From contig NC_092670.1 of NCBI RefSeq assembly GCF_964355755.1, forward strand, positions 3,276,201 to 3,340,200: a stretch of DNA of 64,000 bases, read 5' to 3'. How positions within the stretch are numbered: position 1 is the first letter of the stretch; every line of letters starts with the position of its first letter. Below the pieces are notes generated by a model. The model saw only the letters and a program-made list of their open reading frames with translations. It was not told the origin of the DNA and searched no databases. The DNA comes from Antedon mediterranea. Taxonomy: Eukaryota; Animalia; Echinodermata. The translations under genes and the position numbers were made by a program. Shown here piece after piece: positions 62,886-64,000 of the stretch.

Positions 62886-64000
62886 TCTTATCTTATTAAT
62901 TAGTTTGAGGTTTAGTGATTTTCTAATATAAATTTTAAGTCATTGTTATTGTAGTGCCATGCGTGATACATATTAGGAAAAGAGTACAATGGAAGTGCAG
63001 AATAGCTCAAAATAAGCAAATTTAAGGTCATAGCCACTGGATAAAAATATCAAGCAAATGAATAAGAAAGATATAGTAGTCCGGGTTAAAAGAACAATTC
63101 AGGTTACATATAATAGAATAAATACAGCATGAGATTATATTATAATATAAGCTGCAACCAGAATGTTTAGAAAGTGGGGGAAAGATAGCTAGGACTATTA
63201 AATTAAGACTATTAATGCTCAAAGCTCAAATTAAGTTAAATACAATTCATGAGAATGTACTTAACTCTGCCAAGCCATACTTAAATGTAACTTTAAGAAA
63301 GTTTGTGATAGATTTTAGTAAGGCTCAGTTGGTAACAAATGGTTGCTCAATATTTCAGGGATTTTAGCACCGTGACTGCAGTGATATATTAGTGGTTGCT
63401 CTACGGTTTTATTTAGCCTAAACATTATTTATAGGTCTTTTTTTTTTTTTTTTTTTTATTTGGTATAACACTCAAAATGCAACAAAAGTTGAAAATCTTA
63501 TGAGTTTACAAAAGGTGCAACAAAAAAAAGATATAAAACTAATAGGCCTATACTAAAATTGACATAAAAACAAAACCAATTAAAACATCATACAAAAATA
63601 TAATATGCACAAATTTTAAATTAATGATTATTAAGATAATATTTTTTCCACTCAGGAATTCTTCAGTTCGTTTCTTGTTGATGTACACACACAACAGTGT
63701 TAAAAGAAATGATGACAATCTGAGGTAGGTGTGTCTCATTAGAGTGCAATGTTGAATGAACTATACCCTAATAGGGGTTGATATGGTTATTTATGTTAGA
63801 ATTCTTGTAATATTTTCCACTCTTCGGGGATTGAGGGGCTATCCAGGTAAGCAGTGGCATAATGCAGAGGGCTGAGGCCCCTGGTTTAGGAAACCTAAGT
63901 GGTCCTCGGCCAACTTCCAATGCTGGAGGCCTTGGACGTTTTAAGCCTTTTTGGCATATTTTAATGCCCATTTTTCCTCTGGGCCCCATAAGCTCCAGTG

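Noticed and set aside
61790-63725. Possible small plus-strand exons (after ttgcag at 61802 and ctcag at 63655)
   Set aside because: Too short, no recognisable protein motif and no coherent gene model.

Overview
AT-rich animal genomic DNA, not prokaryotic. It has spliceosomal introns and metazoan TE families; an invertebrate, possibly an echinoderm, is my inference only. The host gene is on the minus strand and I reconstruct six exons: ATG exon (43168-43370), tandem death-effector-domain (tDED)-like exon (42562-43071), 63-nt micro-exon (16641-16703), second tDED-like exon (8578-9132), 42-nt micro-exon (8368-8409) and the start of a ROC GTPase domain (6-168), continuing off the left edge. All five introns between these exons are phase 1, so the gene looks like a modular tDED-tDED-ROC (Roco) protein, a candidate innate-immune or cell-death signalling protein. 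Introns and the upstream region are packed with nested transposons, many with readable TSDs: a young internally deleted BEL/Pao provirus, a fragmented Gypsy element, a near full-length LINE, and non-autonomous elements resembling Harbinger, Ginger1, Merlin, hAT, Mutator, IS3EU, AcademH and Helentron. There is also a small TSD-flanked insert with a minimal hammerhead ribozyme, recurrent TA-GGCC-TA footprints and several minisatellites. All domain and superfamily calls are by eye from motifs, termini and TSD length; no database search was run.
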